Below are positions 19,403-28,662 of a stretch of DNA of 64,000 bases, piece after piece; positions within the stretch are counted from its first letter, which is position 1, and each line of letters begins with the position of its first letter. The stretch is from Candidatus Kapaibacterium sp. (GTDB lineage Bacteria > Bacteroidota > Ignavibacteria > Kapaibacteriales > UBA2268), in NCBI GenBank assembly GCA_963665665.1, contig OY762428.1, positions 1,184,001-1,248,000 on the forward strand, in the 5' to 3' direction. The notes beneath the pieces were generated by a model, which saw only the letters and a list, made by a program, of their open reading frames with translations, did not search any database and was not told where the DNA came from. The translations under genes were made by a program, and so were the position numbers.

Positions 19403-21886
19403 ATGTCAGGTATAAAAAACAATCCGGAAAAAATTGATATGACTAAAAATATTGTTCCTGTTGCAAAGCTTAAATGGAAATGTCCGGCTTCAAAATTAAA
19501 ATTAAAATCAACTGAAGAAATTGAACCGCTTGATAAAATCGTTGGCCAGCCGCGAGCTATTAATGCATTGAAATTAGGCTCGGAATTATTTTCGAAAGGT
19601 TATAATATTTTTGTTTCCGGTATATCAGGTACCGGCAGGCTTACCACTGTAAAAAAACTATTGCAAAAGGTATCCACACATAACCCCGACCTGTTTGACT
19701 ACTGCTACGTGTATAATTTCAGCGCACCGGACCACCCGAGATTATTAAAACTAAAGAAAGGCGAGGCCTGTAAATTCAGAACCGCTGTTGAAGAAGCCGT
19801 TACATTTACCAAAAGACGCCTTCCCAAACTTTTTGAGGATGAAAATTTCAGAAGGAACAGGCAAAAAATAATTGAAGATTACCAGGAAAAAGAAAGGCAA
19901 ATATTAAATAAGTTCGATAAAAAAATTGAGCCTTTCGGATTTATAAGGGGCCAGATTGAAAATGAGAACGGAACCACACAGCCTGAAGTATTTCCGATTA
20001 TAAACGAAAAACCTATTCAAATCGAAGATATTGACCAGTTTGTTGAATCGGGTGATATTGATATTAACATTGCAAATGAAAAAAGAGAATTATACAGGAA
20101 ATTTCACAACGAAATATTTGATATTGCCCGCAAAGGTATGAAACTGATGCAGGAATTCCGCCGGGCAATATCCAAAAGTGATAAAAAAGCTGCATCTGTG
20201 GAAGTTGAAGCCGCCTTTGACGAAATACCCGATAATTTTAATTACCCTGAAATAGAGATATTTATTAATGAAGTAAAGGATCATATTCTTGATAATCTAA
20301 GCGTTTTTGTACCTTCAACCAACCCTTTCCCGCAGCTGTCGGATAACGGCAAAACCAATGTTGAAGATCATTTACACCTGTTCAATGTTAATATTGTTCT
20401 CGACAACTCATCTACATCTGCCGCACCGGTTGTGATTGAAACAACCCCATCATATAATAACTTGTTTGGAACTATCGAAAGAATTCTCGATTCACGGGGA
20501 TTCTGGAGGTCGGATTTCACAAAGATAAAAGCAGGTTCGATTCTAAAAGCAGATCAGGGCTACCTGATTGTCAGCGCTGGCGACCTGTTTTCGGAGCCCG
20601 GCGTATGGCAGGCGTTAAAAAGAGTGCTTTTATATGATAAATTGGATGTACAGCCACTTGATTCGTATTTCAATTTATCGCAGACTCATTTGAAACCGGA
20701 ACCAATAAAAGTAAATGTTAAAGTTATCATTATAGGCGGGCAAACGCTTTATAGGATGCTCTACCTGCATGAGAAAGGATTTAAGAAAATTTTCAAAATC
20801 AATGCTCAATTTGATTATGAAACCAGGCGAACTGATGACATGATTGAGCATATCAGCCGGTTTATCGCTAAAATATGCAGGGATGATAATCTTTGTCCGT
20901 TTGCCCGTGACGGAGTTGCATCAATTGTAGAGTGGGCTATTGCTCATGCCGGCAGCCAGGAAAGAATTACCCTGAAATTCTCAGACATTGCAGATATTAT
21001 AAGGGAATCAGCCTATGCATTCAAAAATTCAGGAGATAAGGATTTTATTACTTCCATTCATGTAGACAGAGCAATTAAAGAAAGACGCTTCCGGAACGAC
21101 CTGGTTGACGAAAAGGTTAAGCACCACATTCTAAACGGCAATACTTTTATTGATACAGAAGGCAGCAGGATAGGACAGATTAACGGCCTTACAGTTTATG
21201 ATACCGGCCTGCTGTCATTTGGCAAACCTGCCAGGATAACCTCCACAATTTCTGCAGGAAATGCGGGAATTGTTAATATCGAACGCGAAGCTGATATGAG
21301 CGGAACAATACACAACAAAGGTGTTCTGATTATCACAGGGCTGCTTCAGGAACGATTTGCTTATAAACATCCCTTGTCATTAACAGCATCAATTGCTTTT
21401 GAACAGTCTTATGGAGGTATTGACGGAGACAGTGCCTCGGCTGCAGAGATTTATGTCCTGCTCTCAGCCCTGACAAATACTCCGATCAAGCAGGACCTTG
21501 CAATTACAGGTTCGGTTAACCAAAAGGGAGACATTCAGCCTATTGGCGGAGTAAATGAGAAAATCACCGGGTTCTTCGAGATTTGCAGGGACAGAGGCCT
21601 TACAGGAAAGCAGGGAGTAATAATTCCATCTCAAAATGTGAAAGACCTGATGCTGACAGACGATATCCTAAACGCAGCAAAGAAAAAGAAATTTTTTATC
21701 TATTCAATCGAAAAAATTGAAGACGGAGTACCACTGCTAATGGGAATAGAAGCCGGAATAAGAGGCAATGACGGTTCTTATCCCAAACAAAGCCTGTTTG
21801 GGCTGGCAGAAAGAAAACTTGAAGAGTATTATAAGCTATCGCGAAATATTAAGGACAAAAATTCGAAAAAGAAAAAAAACAGTTAA
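19403..21886 (+). CDS. LonC-type (AAA_32) S16 protease
   Basis: IVGQPRA; degenerate Walker A GISGTGRLT; catalytic dyad region DGDSASAAE and IGGVNEKI. Confidence 0.9.
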   Translation: MSGIKNNPEKIDMTKNIVPVAKLKWKCPASKLKLKSTEEIEPLDKIVGQPRAINALKLGSELFSKGYNIFVSGISGTGRLTTVKKLLQKVSTHNPDLFDYCYVYNFSAPDHPRLLKLKKGEACKFRTAVEEAVTFTKRRLPKLFEDENFRRNRQKIIEDYQEKERQILNKFDKKIEPFGFIRGQIENENGTTQPEVFPIINEKPIQIEDIDQFVESGDIDINIANEKRELYRKFHNEIFDIARKGMKLMQEFRRAISKSDKKAASVEVEAAFDEIPDNFNYPEIEIFINEVKDHILDNLSVFVPSTNPFPQLSDNGKTNVEDHLHLFNVNIVLDNSSTSAAPVVIETTPSYNNLFGTIERILDSRGFWRSDFTKIKAGSILKADQGYLIVSAGDLFSEPGVWQALKRVLLYDKLDVQPLDSYFNLSQTHLKPEPIKVNVKVIIIGGQTLYRMLYLHEKGFKKIFKINAQFDYETRRTDDMIEHISRFIAKICRDDNLCPFARDGVASIVEWAIAHAGSQERITLKFSDIADIIRESAYAFKNSGDKDFITSIHVDRAIKERRFRNDLVDEKVKHHILNGNTFIDTEGSRIGQINGLTVYDTGLLSFGKPARITSTISAGNAGIVNIEREADMSGTIHNKGVLIITGLLQERFAYKHPLSLTASIAFEQSYGGIDGDSASAAEIYVLLSALTNTPIKQDLAITGSVNQKGDIQPIGGVNEKITGFFEICRDRGLTGKQGVIIPSQNVKDLMLTDDILNAAKKKKFFIYSIEKIEDGVPLLMGIEAGIRGNDGSYPKQSLFGLAERKLEEYYKLSRNIKDKNSKKKKNS

Positions 21887-21962
21887 TTGTCAGAAGGGCA
21901 ACTTTTTGTTAATTTGAACGTTGAATAAATGAGTATTTTGAAAATAATATTTGGAAAATATT

Positions 21963-22439
21963 ATGCCGGTTTTTGCAATTGAAAGCAACGGACGAATAGA
22001 AAAAACCGCTATTTATTATAACGGGGAACAGATTGGCGGTGTCAGAGAAATTTTCCTGAACCTTGACGAAGACGGTACTTTCGATGCCGTTATGCAATAT
22101 CAGGGCCACGACGGGGAAATATATACCAAACAGATATTTGCAGACAACCTGCCTAAACTTCGCTATGTGGAGCCTTCGTTTACCGAAGATGAAGCTCAAC
22201 ACCTTGTGCTATTCGAACTGGAAAGCGACGGAGATATTGAAAGCTGCCTTCTGTTACTGAATGAAGAAGAACTTGAAGGCGTTGTTAATGTTTTACTTCA
22301 TGTAAAAGCAGAGCCCGGAAAATCCGGTTTTGGGAACCTGTTTAAAAAAAGAAAAACCGAATCGGAAGAACCTGTTTTCAAGGCTCAGATAACTTATAGA
22401 AATGATGATGATTCAATTGAAACGGAGGATATATTTTAA
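21963..22439 (+). CDS. Hypothetical acidic protein with two-fold internal repeat
   Basis: FAIESNGRIE vs FELESDGDIE and FDAVMQY...KQIF vs FKAQITY...EDIF. Confidence 0.75.
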   Translation: MPVFAIESNGRIEKTAIYYNGEQIGGVREIFLNLDEDGTFDAVMQYQGHDGEIYTKQIFADNLPKLRYVEPSFTEDEAQHLVLFELESDGDIESCLLLLNEEELEGVVNVLLHVKAEPGKSGFGNLFKKRKTESEEPVFKAQITYRNDDDSIETEDIF

Positions 22440-23065
22440 TGAAAATGCTAAAATTCAGATTACCCGGAATAATGCTGATTATTGCCCTGATAATTTTATT
22501 TGTTGCTCCGGAATTTGCTGACGCAAGACGTGGCGGCAGAAGTTTCGGAGGGCGCAGAAGCACGTCAAAATCTTATAAAAGCAATACACGAAGCAAAACA
22601 AGTACGGCACGAAAACCTACAAGTTCGATGAATGCCAGTAAATCTACTAATCCTGCAAAAAGGACAAGTTTCGGCGGGAGCCGAATGACAAGTTCCAAAG
22701 CGTATACAAGCAAGTACGGCACCCCGAGAAAGAAAACCGAATATACCGGAACCAATGCTGCAGGACAACAGCAGCGCTATGTAATGCATGGTTATGGCGG
22801 TTACGGAAGCGGCCTTATGACCGGATATATGATGGGAACAACAAGCTGGATGTGGTCGATGCCATTCCACCCTGCTTTCTATTATTCCCGCCCCTATTAT
22901 GTAAACAATCCCGACGGAAGTATGGGGGTTTACCCTCCCACATTTTCATTTACCCGACTTCTGTTTACCCTGATTGTTGTAGCAATAATACTTTATATTA
23001 TAGTAAGGCTGATAAAACGCAAGAGCAGGAATTCACGTTCCTACTCGCAATCATCATTTTCATAA
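22439..23065 (+). CDS. Hypothetical membrane protein with signal-like N-terminus, basic S/R/K-rich segment and C-terminal TM
   Basis: TAATG coupling to the upstream gene; ADARRGGRSFGG; C-terminal TM followed by KRK. Confidence 0.75.
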   Translation: MKMLKFRLPGIMLIIALIILFVAPEFADARRGGRSFGGRRSTSKSYKSNTRSKTSTARKPTSSMNASKSTNPAKRTSFGGSRMTSSKAYTSKYGTPRKKTEYTGTNAAGQQQRYVMHGYGGYGSGLMTGYMMGTTSWMWSMPFHPAFYYSRPYYVNNPDGSMGVYPPTFSFTRLLFTLIVVAIILYIIVRLIKRKSRNSRSYSQSSFS

Positions 23066-23091
23066 TAATCAGCTGAAAAAAAATTTCTTAC

Positions 23092-23123
23092 AAGTTCCAA
23101 AGCCCCGCTTTGGAACTTTTTTT
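23092..23123 (+). terminator. Intrinsic terminator
   Basis: aagttccaaagc-ccc-gctttggaactt followed by a T run. Confidence 0.85.
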
Positions 23124-23520
23124 ATTTTATAAAATATTTCAATTTCCTGATTCTTTGAGAGTTTTTATTGCTATCCTGATTCTACCGGAAAGAATAGATT
23201 ATTAAACTTATTTGATAGTTCCAAACAAGTTCTTAGTACTGTTTGTCAATATCAATAATAGCGAATATATTGCGCGCTTTAACTATGAAAATAGTTTTTT
23301 TTGATTTCTTATCCTGCTGTATATATTAACATCCTGATTCATTTAATATTATGTTTTTTTATGAATTTTTCTTATCTTATAGAATATTTAACTATTTATA
23401 TAATATTAAAATTATTGTTCAATTGAATTATTATTTGAATATAATGATTTCATCAGGGTTCAATAATAAAAAGTAGCAACTACGCTAACAGAAATTTTCA
23501 ATATATATTGCAGGTAACAA

Positions 23521-25611
23521 ATGAAGACCGTAAAACTTTTATTTTTGGCAATATTTTTTCCGTCATTCTTATTTGCACAATACTCCGGTGGTAATGGTTC
23601 TTCAGATAACCCTTACAAATTATCTACTTGTGCTGATCTTGAAAAGCTTATGAATAGCAATTCTGATTGGAACAAGCATTTTATAATGACATCGAATATT
23701 GATCTATCCGGCTACACGCCAACTCAGGGTGGTATTAAACCAATTGGAGATGGTATCTCGGATTTCTCTGGCAGTTTTGACGGGCAATCCAAATGTATAT
23801 CAAATCTTGCAATAAATACTTCGTCTAATTCCTACGTCGGACTATTTGCTTGTACTGCTTCATCAGCAACAATTACTGATTTGTCACTTCAGAATATCAA
23901 TATTACCGGCAATAAGCGTATAGGCGGTCTTGTTGGTGAAAATTTTGGCATTGTGACAAATTGTTCCTCCAACGGAATAGTTTCAGGAAATGAACATACA
24001 GGCGGACTAATTGGTTACAATTATGGCTCTGTATCTAATTGTGATTTCACAGGTTCAGTTTCCGGAAAATCTGAAGTTACTGGCGGATTGGTTGGTTTTA
24101 ATAGCCGTTTTAATGGGTATGTGAGCAATTGTTATTCGGGAGGAACTGTTTCGGGAACATCCCATGTAGGGGGATTGATTGGTTATAATGATACTTTTGT
24201 AAGTAACTGCTATTCAACAAGTACTGTATTGGGAAGCTTAATATACACAGGCGGATTAATTGGAAGTAATCGTTCTACTGTAAGTTCTTGTCATTCTTCA
24301 GGTAACGTTGTCGGGATTGGCGAATATGTTGGCGGATTAATTGGTGCAAATGATTATGGTAGTGTTGAATTCTGTTATTCCACAGGTAATGTGACAGGTG
24401 ATGCCTATGTTGGCGGATTAATTGGTGAAAATATTGATGGTAGTGTTGATTTCTGTTACTCCACAGGTAATGTGACAGGTAGTTTAACGCGCTCTTATTA
24501 TACCGGCGGATTGATTGGCTATCATGAAGACGCTGAAGTAAGTAATTGCTATTCTACCGGAGATGTGACAGGATTATATTTTTCAGGCGGTTTTATAGGC
24601 CAAAATTATGGTGTTGTTGACAAATGTTATTCAACCGGAAGCGCTTCCGGTAGTTATGCCGGTGGTTTGATTGCTGATAATATTGGCCGGGTAAGAAATA
24701 GTTTTTGGGATACAGAAACTTCAGGAAATACTACAAGCTCCGGTGGCACCAGCAAAACTTCTGCTCTGATGAAAACACAATCTACATTTACCGGAGCCGG
24801 ATGGGATTTTACAAATGATTGGGCAATTTGCCAGGGATATCCTGAATTAATACACAACAGGCCAAAAAATACAGAGGCAGTATATATAAATAGCTCATAC
24901 ACTGAGGGCAGCACCGGAGGATATGTTTACAATTGTAATGCATTTTCAAATATTGAAAATGCAAAAGAAGTGCTTAGCCCTGGTGGTAAAATTTATATTT
25001 TTGGTAACTACGATTTTGAAACAGACCCTTCTCTTGATGGTTATCAAATTTATATTTCCGGATCCATCCTAAATGCTGACGAAGATAATTTTTTTAATCT
25101 TGGCAGTACCGGGTCGCTGACTCTTTCCACTGCAAGTCCTGTAACTTTTCCCGTCGGAACGGACGTAGTCGGCTACGCTCCTGTAGTAATTAATGCACCG
25201 TCCAGCAACACTTTTACAGTATCAATTACTGATAGCACATCGAATTATCTTGCCAAGGTATTCTATTCAAAATGCTGGTGGGATATTGAACACACAGGTG
25301 GTAACGATCCGACAGATATTGATTTCGTATATAATAAATCATTGTTTACACGCAGTAATCCGTTAAAGGCAAGTTATGTGCTGCACTTTGATGAACAATG
25401 GGAGAATCTCACTCCGGACGGAGCTGCTACTTTGGGCAATTGGAATGGGGACGAAAATTATTTCTGTACCAGTATAACCAATGTTTCTTCGTTTTCTCCA
25501 TTCTCAGTACACTTTCTGCCAAAAATTCCTTCTGTTTCGGTATGGGCTTTGATTATTCTTGGAATAACACTTGCTATAAGCGGTGGATGGATTTTGTGGA
25601 AAAGGTTTTAA
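23521..25611 (+). CDS. GLUG-repeat surface protein with IPTL-CTERM-like sorting signal
   Basis: YSGGNGSSDNPY start; repeated GGLIGxN...CYSTG; C-terminus IPSVSVWALIILGITLAISGGWILWKRF. Confidence 0.85.
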   Translation: MKTVKLLFLAIFFPSFLFAQYSGGNGSSDNPYKLSTCADLEKLMNSNSDWNKHFIMTSNIDLSGYTPTQGGIKPIGDGISDFSGSFDGQSKCISNLAINTSSNSYVGLFACTASSATITDLSLQNINITGNKRIGGLVGENFGIVTNCSSNGIVSGNEHTGGLIGYNYGSVSNCDFTGSVSGKSEVTGGLVGFNSRFNGYVSNCYSGGTVSGTSHVGGLIGYNDTFVSNCYSTSTVLGSLIYTGGLIGSNRSTVSSCHSSGNVVGIGEYVGGLIGANDYGSVEFCYSTGNVTGDAYVGGLIGENIDGSVDFCYSTGNVTGSLTRSYYTGGLIGYHEDAEVSNCYSTGDVTGLYFSGGFIGQNYGVVDKCYSTGSASGSYAGGLIADNIGRVRNSFWDTETSGNTTSSGGTSKTSALMKTQSTFTGAGWDFTNDWAICQGYPELIHNRPKNTEAVYINSSYTEGSTGGYVYNCNAFSNIENAKEVLSPGGKIYIFGNYDFETDPSLDGYQIYISGSILNADEDNFFNLGSTGSLTLSTASPVTFPVGTDVVGYAPVVINAPSSNTFTVSITDSTSNYLAKVFYSKCWWDIEHTGGNDPTDIDFVYNKSLFTRSNPLKASYVLHFDEQWENLTPDGAATLGNWNGDENYFCTSITNVSSFSPFSVHFLPKIPSVSVWALIILGITLAISGGWILWKRF
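24325..24480 (+). repeat. Near-identical 81-bp-period tandem duplication of a GLUG unit
   Basis: tatgttggcggattaattggtg...ccacaggtaatgtgacaggt occurs at 24325 and again at 24406. Confidence 0.85.
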
Positions 25612-25727
25612 CGATTTGAAAAATGAATATTGTTAGACTTGCTGGATGACTATATCAGCGACACTTGATAAAAAAGTTATTTTTCATATCTTTTAGCATA
25701 TTGCGTTATCTCATAAGATTGTAATAC

Positions 25728-25819
25728 TGTCACTCCCCGTCAAGCCGAGAGCAGTCTGAGCATAGTGAAAAGAGCATAAACTACATTAATACCGGATTCT
25801 TCGCTGTGCTCAGAATGAC
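25728..25819. repeat. REP-like/MITE-like inverted-repeat element with nested insert
   Basis: Left arm gtcact-[ccccgtcaagccgagagcagt]-ctgagcatagtgaa pairs with right arm ttcgctgtgctcagaatgac; lies between convergent genes. Confidence 0.65.
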
Positions 25820-25860
25820 CGCTTTTCTTGCTTTCAATGCAACCTGATTTTTTTACAACC

Positions 25861-26406
25861 TCAAATATCTACTGTCACATCTTCAAGGCCTTCGAGTTTA
25901 TTGGCAAACCTTGCAGCAGTAAAGAAATAATCAGATAATCTATTCAAATATTTTACAGGAATACTTCCAATATCCTGAGTAGCACTTAGTTTTACAGCCA
26001 GCCTTTCGGCTCTGCGGCATATTGTCCTGGCATGATGTAAATGAGCTGCAGCCCTGCCTCCGCCGGGAAGAATAAACTTTGTAAGTTTCGGAAGGCCGGC
26101 TGTATATTCGTCGATTTTATTCTCCAGCCAGTCAATACTACTTTCATCCATTCTTTTTACAGGAAATTTTGGTTCCGGATCGCGCGGTGTGGCAAGGTCG
26201 GTTCCAAGGCTGAAAAGAGTTTTGCTTACCTTGCAAAGATCCGACAGCAGGGGTTCCCCGGGTTTGGAGGCACATGCTATCCCGATTACGGAATTCAGCT
26301 CATCAACAGTTCCGTAAAGCTCCACTCTCGGGTTGAATTTTTCAACTCTCTGCCCGTTAAATAATCCTGTTTCTCCTTTATCTCCGGTTTTGGTATATAT
26401 TTTCAT
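25861..26406 (-). CDS. ATP:cob(I)alamin adenosyltransferase, PduO type
   Basis: MKIYTKTGDKGET, YGTVDELNS, FILPGG, RTICRRAER, YLNRLSD. Confidence 0.93.
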   Translation of the reverse strand: MKIYTKTGDKGETGLFNGQRVEKFNPRVELYGTVDELNSVIGIACASKPGEPLLSDLCKVSKTLFSLGTDLATPRDPEPKFPVKRMDESSIDWLENKIDEYTAGLPKLTKFILPGGGRAAAHLHHARTICRRAERLAVKLSATQDIGSIPVKYLNRLSDYFFTAARFANKLEGLEDVTVDI

Positions 26407-26552
26407 TTCATCCTTAATTATTATCAGCAACATCTTTGAATATAGAAAGACGTAAAATTAAAAAATCATTTTGATTAATCGTAATTTTTCCTGTTTTTTA
26501 GGGTTTGAGAAACATTTATTTTTGAATATATTGATATTTATTTGGATTATTT

Positions 26553-27830
26553 ATGAGAACTATCCCATTTCTTCTGATTCTATTACTTTCAGCCACAATA
26601 GTATTGTCTGAAGAAGTCCGGAAAGATACGAAGGTATCTGCGCTAATAAAGCAGATAAAACCGGCCGAACCAAGCCCGGGAGATACTATCAGGATACAGG
26701 GCCTTAATTTCGGGCAGGAGCAAACTAACAGAAAATTGAATTTCGGATCCGTGCAGGCAGATAACATCATGTCCTGGAGCGATACACTTATAACATCAAT
26801 TGTCCCCTTAAATGCCGAAAGCAATATCTTTATCAGCTGCCATGTCAGCAATGATTACGAAGCTGAAATTAATGATACTTTATTCATTGCAATATTGAAA
26901 TTCCTTATCAAAATTTCTCTGTTTATCACTGTTCTTTTTATCTACCTGCAGGTGAACAAAATATGGAAAAGAAAGCACGAGCAGGAAGTAGCTGATTCCC
27001 AGTCGCTGTCCGGGCTTTTCATCTATGTGCTGAACTGCATACTATGGGTGCTGTTCTATGTTTTCGTGGAATATAATGTAGAAAGTATTATCGATACATC
27101 CGTGTATATTTTCCAGGGCGGCATTTTATTCCTGATAGGAACGGGCGTGTTCGTGAAAGGGCTTAGCAGGAAGACATTTACCGACCTGATAAAACGCTCT
27201 CTGCGCATTGAACGAAACGAGGCGGACTACTTGTGGAAAAGGATGTTCCGTCCTGTGGATGCCAAAAAGATTCTCGTACTACTCCACCAACTGGCAATGA
27301 TTGACGATCACCTTGATAAAAAGGAAATAAAAATACTTAAAAAATTTGCCGATGAATGGGGACTTGAATATAATCCGGACCAGATAAACCAAAACAGGAA
27401 GAACGGATCGCATAATTTTATTCAACTCAGGAATGACCTGCGGGATTATCTCGAAGATTTTCCCCCGAAGGAGCAAATATCCCACTTGCGTGAAATGATC
27501 GAAAAACTGATAATGGCAGATAAAAAAGTCAGCGAGGAAGAAGAACTGATCCAGGCGGAACTGCTTGGCCTGATCGATTCTTACCTGAACGGGGGCAATG
27601 GAGGAGATCTTTTCAACGTGGTGATAATTCCCCAGCAAACCGGCGACGACCAATCAATCAAAGTTCAGTACCCGGAAGCCGTGAAAATTGATTTCTGCGG
27701 AGGATATGCTTATTCAGTAGGCGAGTATCATTCAAAGGAATATGCCGCTATGGTCTGTGACGAATACAAGAAAAACCGTTTTCTCAGCGTGGTTAAGCTT
27801 CCTTTTAACGGCAACGAGGGTGTGATTTAA
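26553..27830 (+). CDS. Membrane protein: IPT/TIG + PQ-loop-like helices + TerB-like + SPOR-like tail
   Basis: PGDTIRIQGLNFG...SWSDTLI (IPT); LQVNKIWKRK...LWVLFY; LAMIDDHLDKKE and IMADKKVSEEE (TerB); VGEYHSKEYA. Confidence 0.7.
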   Translation: MRTIPFLLILLLSATIVLSEEVRKDTKVSALIKQIKPAEPSPGDTIRIQGLNFGQEQTNRKLNFGSVQADNIMSWSDTLITSIVPLNAESNIFISCHVSNDYEAEINDTLFIAILKFLIKISLFITVLFIYLQVNKIWKRKHEQEVADSQSLSGLFIYVLNCILWVLFYVFVEYNVESIIDTSVYIFQGGILFLIGTGVFVKGLSRKTFTDLIKRSLRIERNEADYLWKRMFRPVDAKKILVLLHQLAMIDDHLDKKEIKILKKFADEWGLEYNPDQINQNRKNGSHNFIQLRNDLRDYLEDFPPKEQISHLREMIEKLIMADKKVSEEEELIQAELLGLIDSYLNGGNGGDLFNVVIIPQQTGDDQSIKVQYPEAVKIDFCGGYAYSVGEYHSKEYAAMVCDEYKKNRFLSVVKLPFNGNEGVI

Positions 27831-27882
27831 TGATTAATATTGTTGCTTAGAATTAATTTCTTCTTCGTTAAAGAATTTTTCC

Positions 27883-27919
27883 AAAAAATTGCCCGGCATT
27901 TTTAAAAACCGGGCTTATT
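27883..27919. terminator. Terminator between convergent genes
   Basis: gcccgg...ccgggc stem flanked by A and T tracts. Confidence 0.6.
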
Positions 27920-27948
27920 GAAAAATTAATATGAAACCTGAAGCTTTT

Positions 27949-28645
27949 TTATTCGCCGTAACCCTGGCCTTCGCACTCCCCATCCTCACAAGGTAATGGA
28001 TCGCCGGTAAGACAGTCGGTACATCCCGAATCAGAATCACATGTGGTTATTGATTCTACCACCGGTTCAGATACAGATGTTAATGTTTCGCCGGAAACTG
28101 CATCATAATACCTCGTACAATGATATACCCGGGCACAGCACTTATAACCGCATGTCTGCCAGTTATAAACATCCCAACACCAATGTACTTCTCCTTCAAC
28201 AATTCTTTGGGAATATTCTGCGTTAAATTCCGTTCCTTCGGAACAGCACGCTAATTGTTTATCTCCATCAAGCCTCATTACTGTTTTTACTTTGACTCTA
28301 CATTCTGAATAATAGTAAACCCTAACATCACAAGAATATGGGTCGGCATTATTTGGAACCAGATTTCGTACAGCTACTTCCTCAAGTAATTTTTTTAAAG
28401 CCAAATCAGGAGCAAAGTCCGAATCGTTATTAAATGATGTCCAATCCATTACGATTCTAAAACCATTATTATCGGTATTATAGAAGTAACCTACGTTTCC
28501 GCCGGAACCGCAATCATCAAAACCAAGATTAGCTGTTCCGTAATTCCAATTGGTAATGCCGGGAGGGCAGTCATCTTGCGCATTACAAATATTAAATGAT
28601 ATATAAATTATTAACCATATAATAAATAAACTTCGATACTTTCAT
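27949..28645 (-). pseudogene. Cys-rich secreted protein with a 1-nt frameshift just after the start codon (pseudogene or sequencing error)
   Basis: The frame of ORF 27949..28449 extends upstream as KYRSLFIIWLIIYISFNICNA-QDDCPP. The ATG at 28645 is one base out of frame (atgaaagtat). Paralogous to 30180..30860. Confidence 0.7.
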
Positions 28646-28662
28646 TACTATAAACCTTTAAA

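Noticed and set aside
25620-26552. Cobalamin riboswitch near the adenosyltransferase
   Set aside because: The upstream region is short and AT-rich with no B12-box; the structured sequence downstream is a REP-like element.
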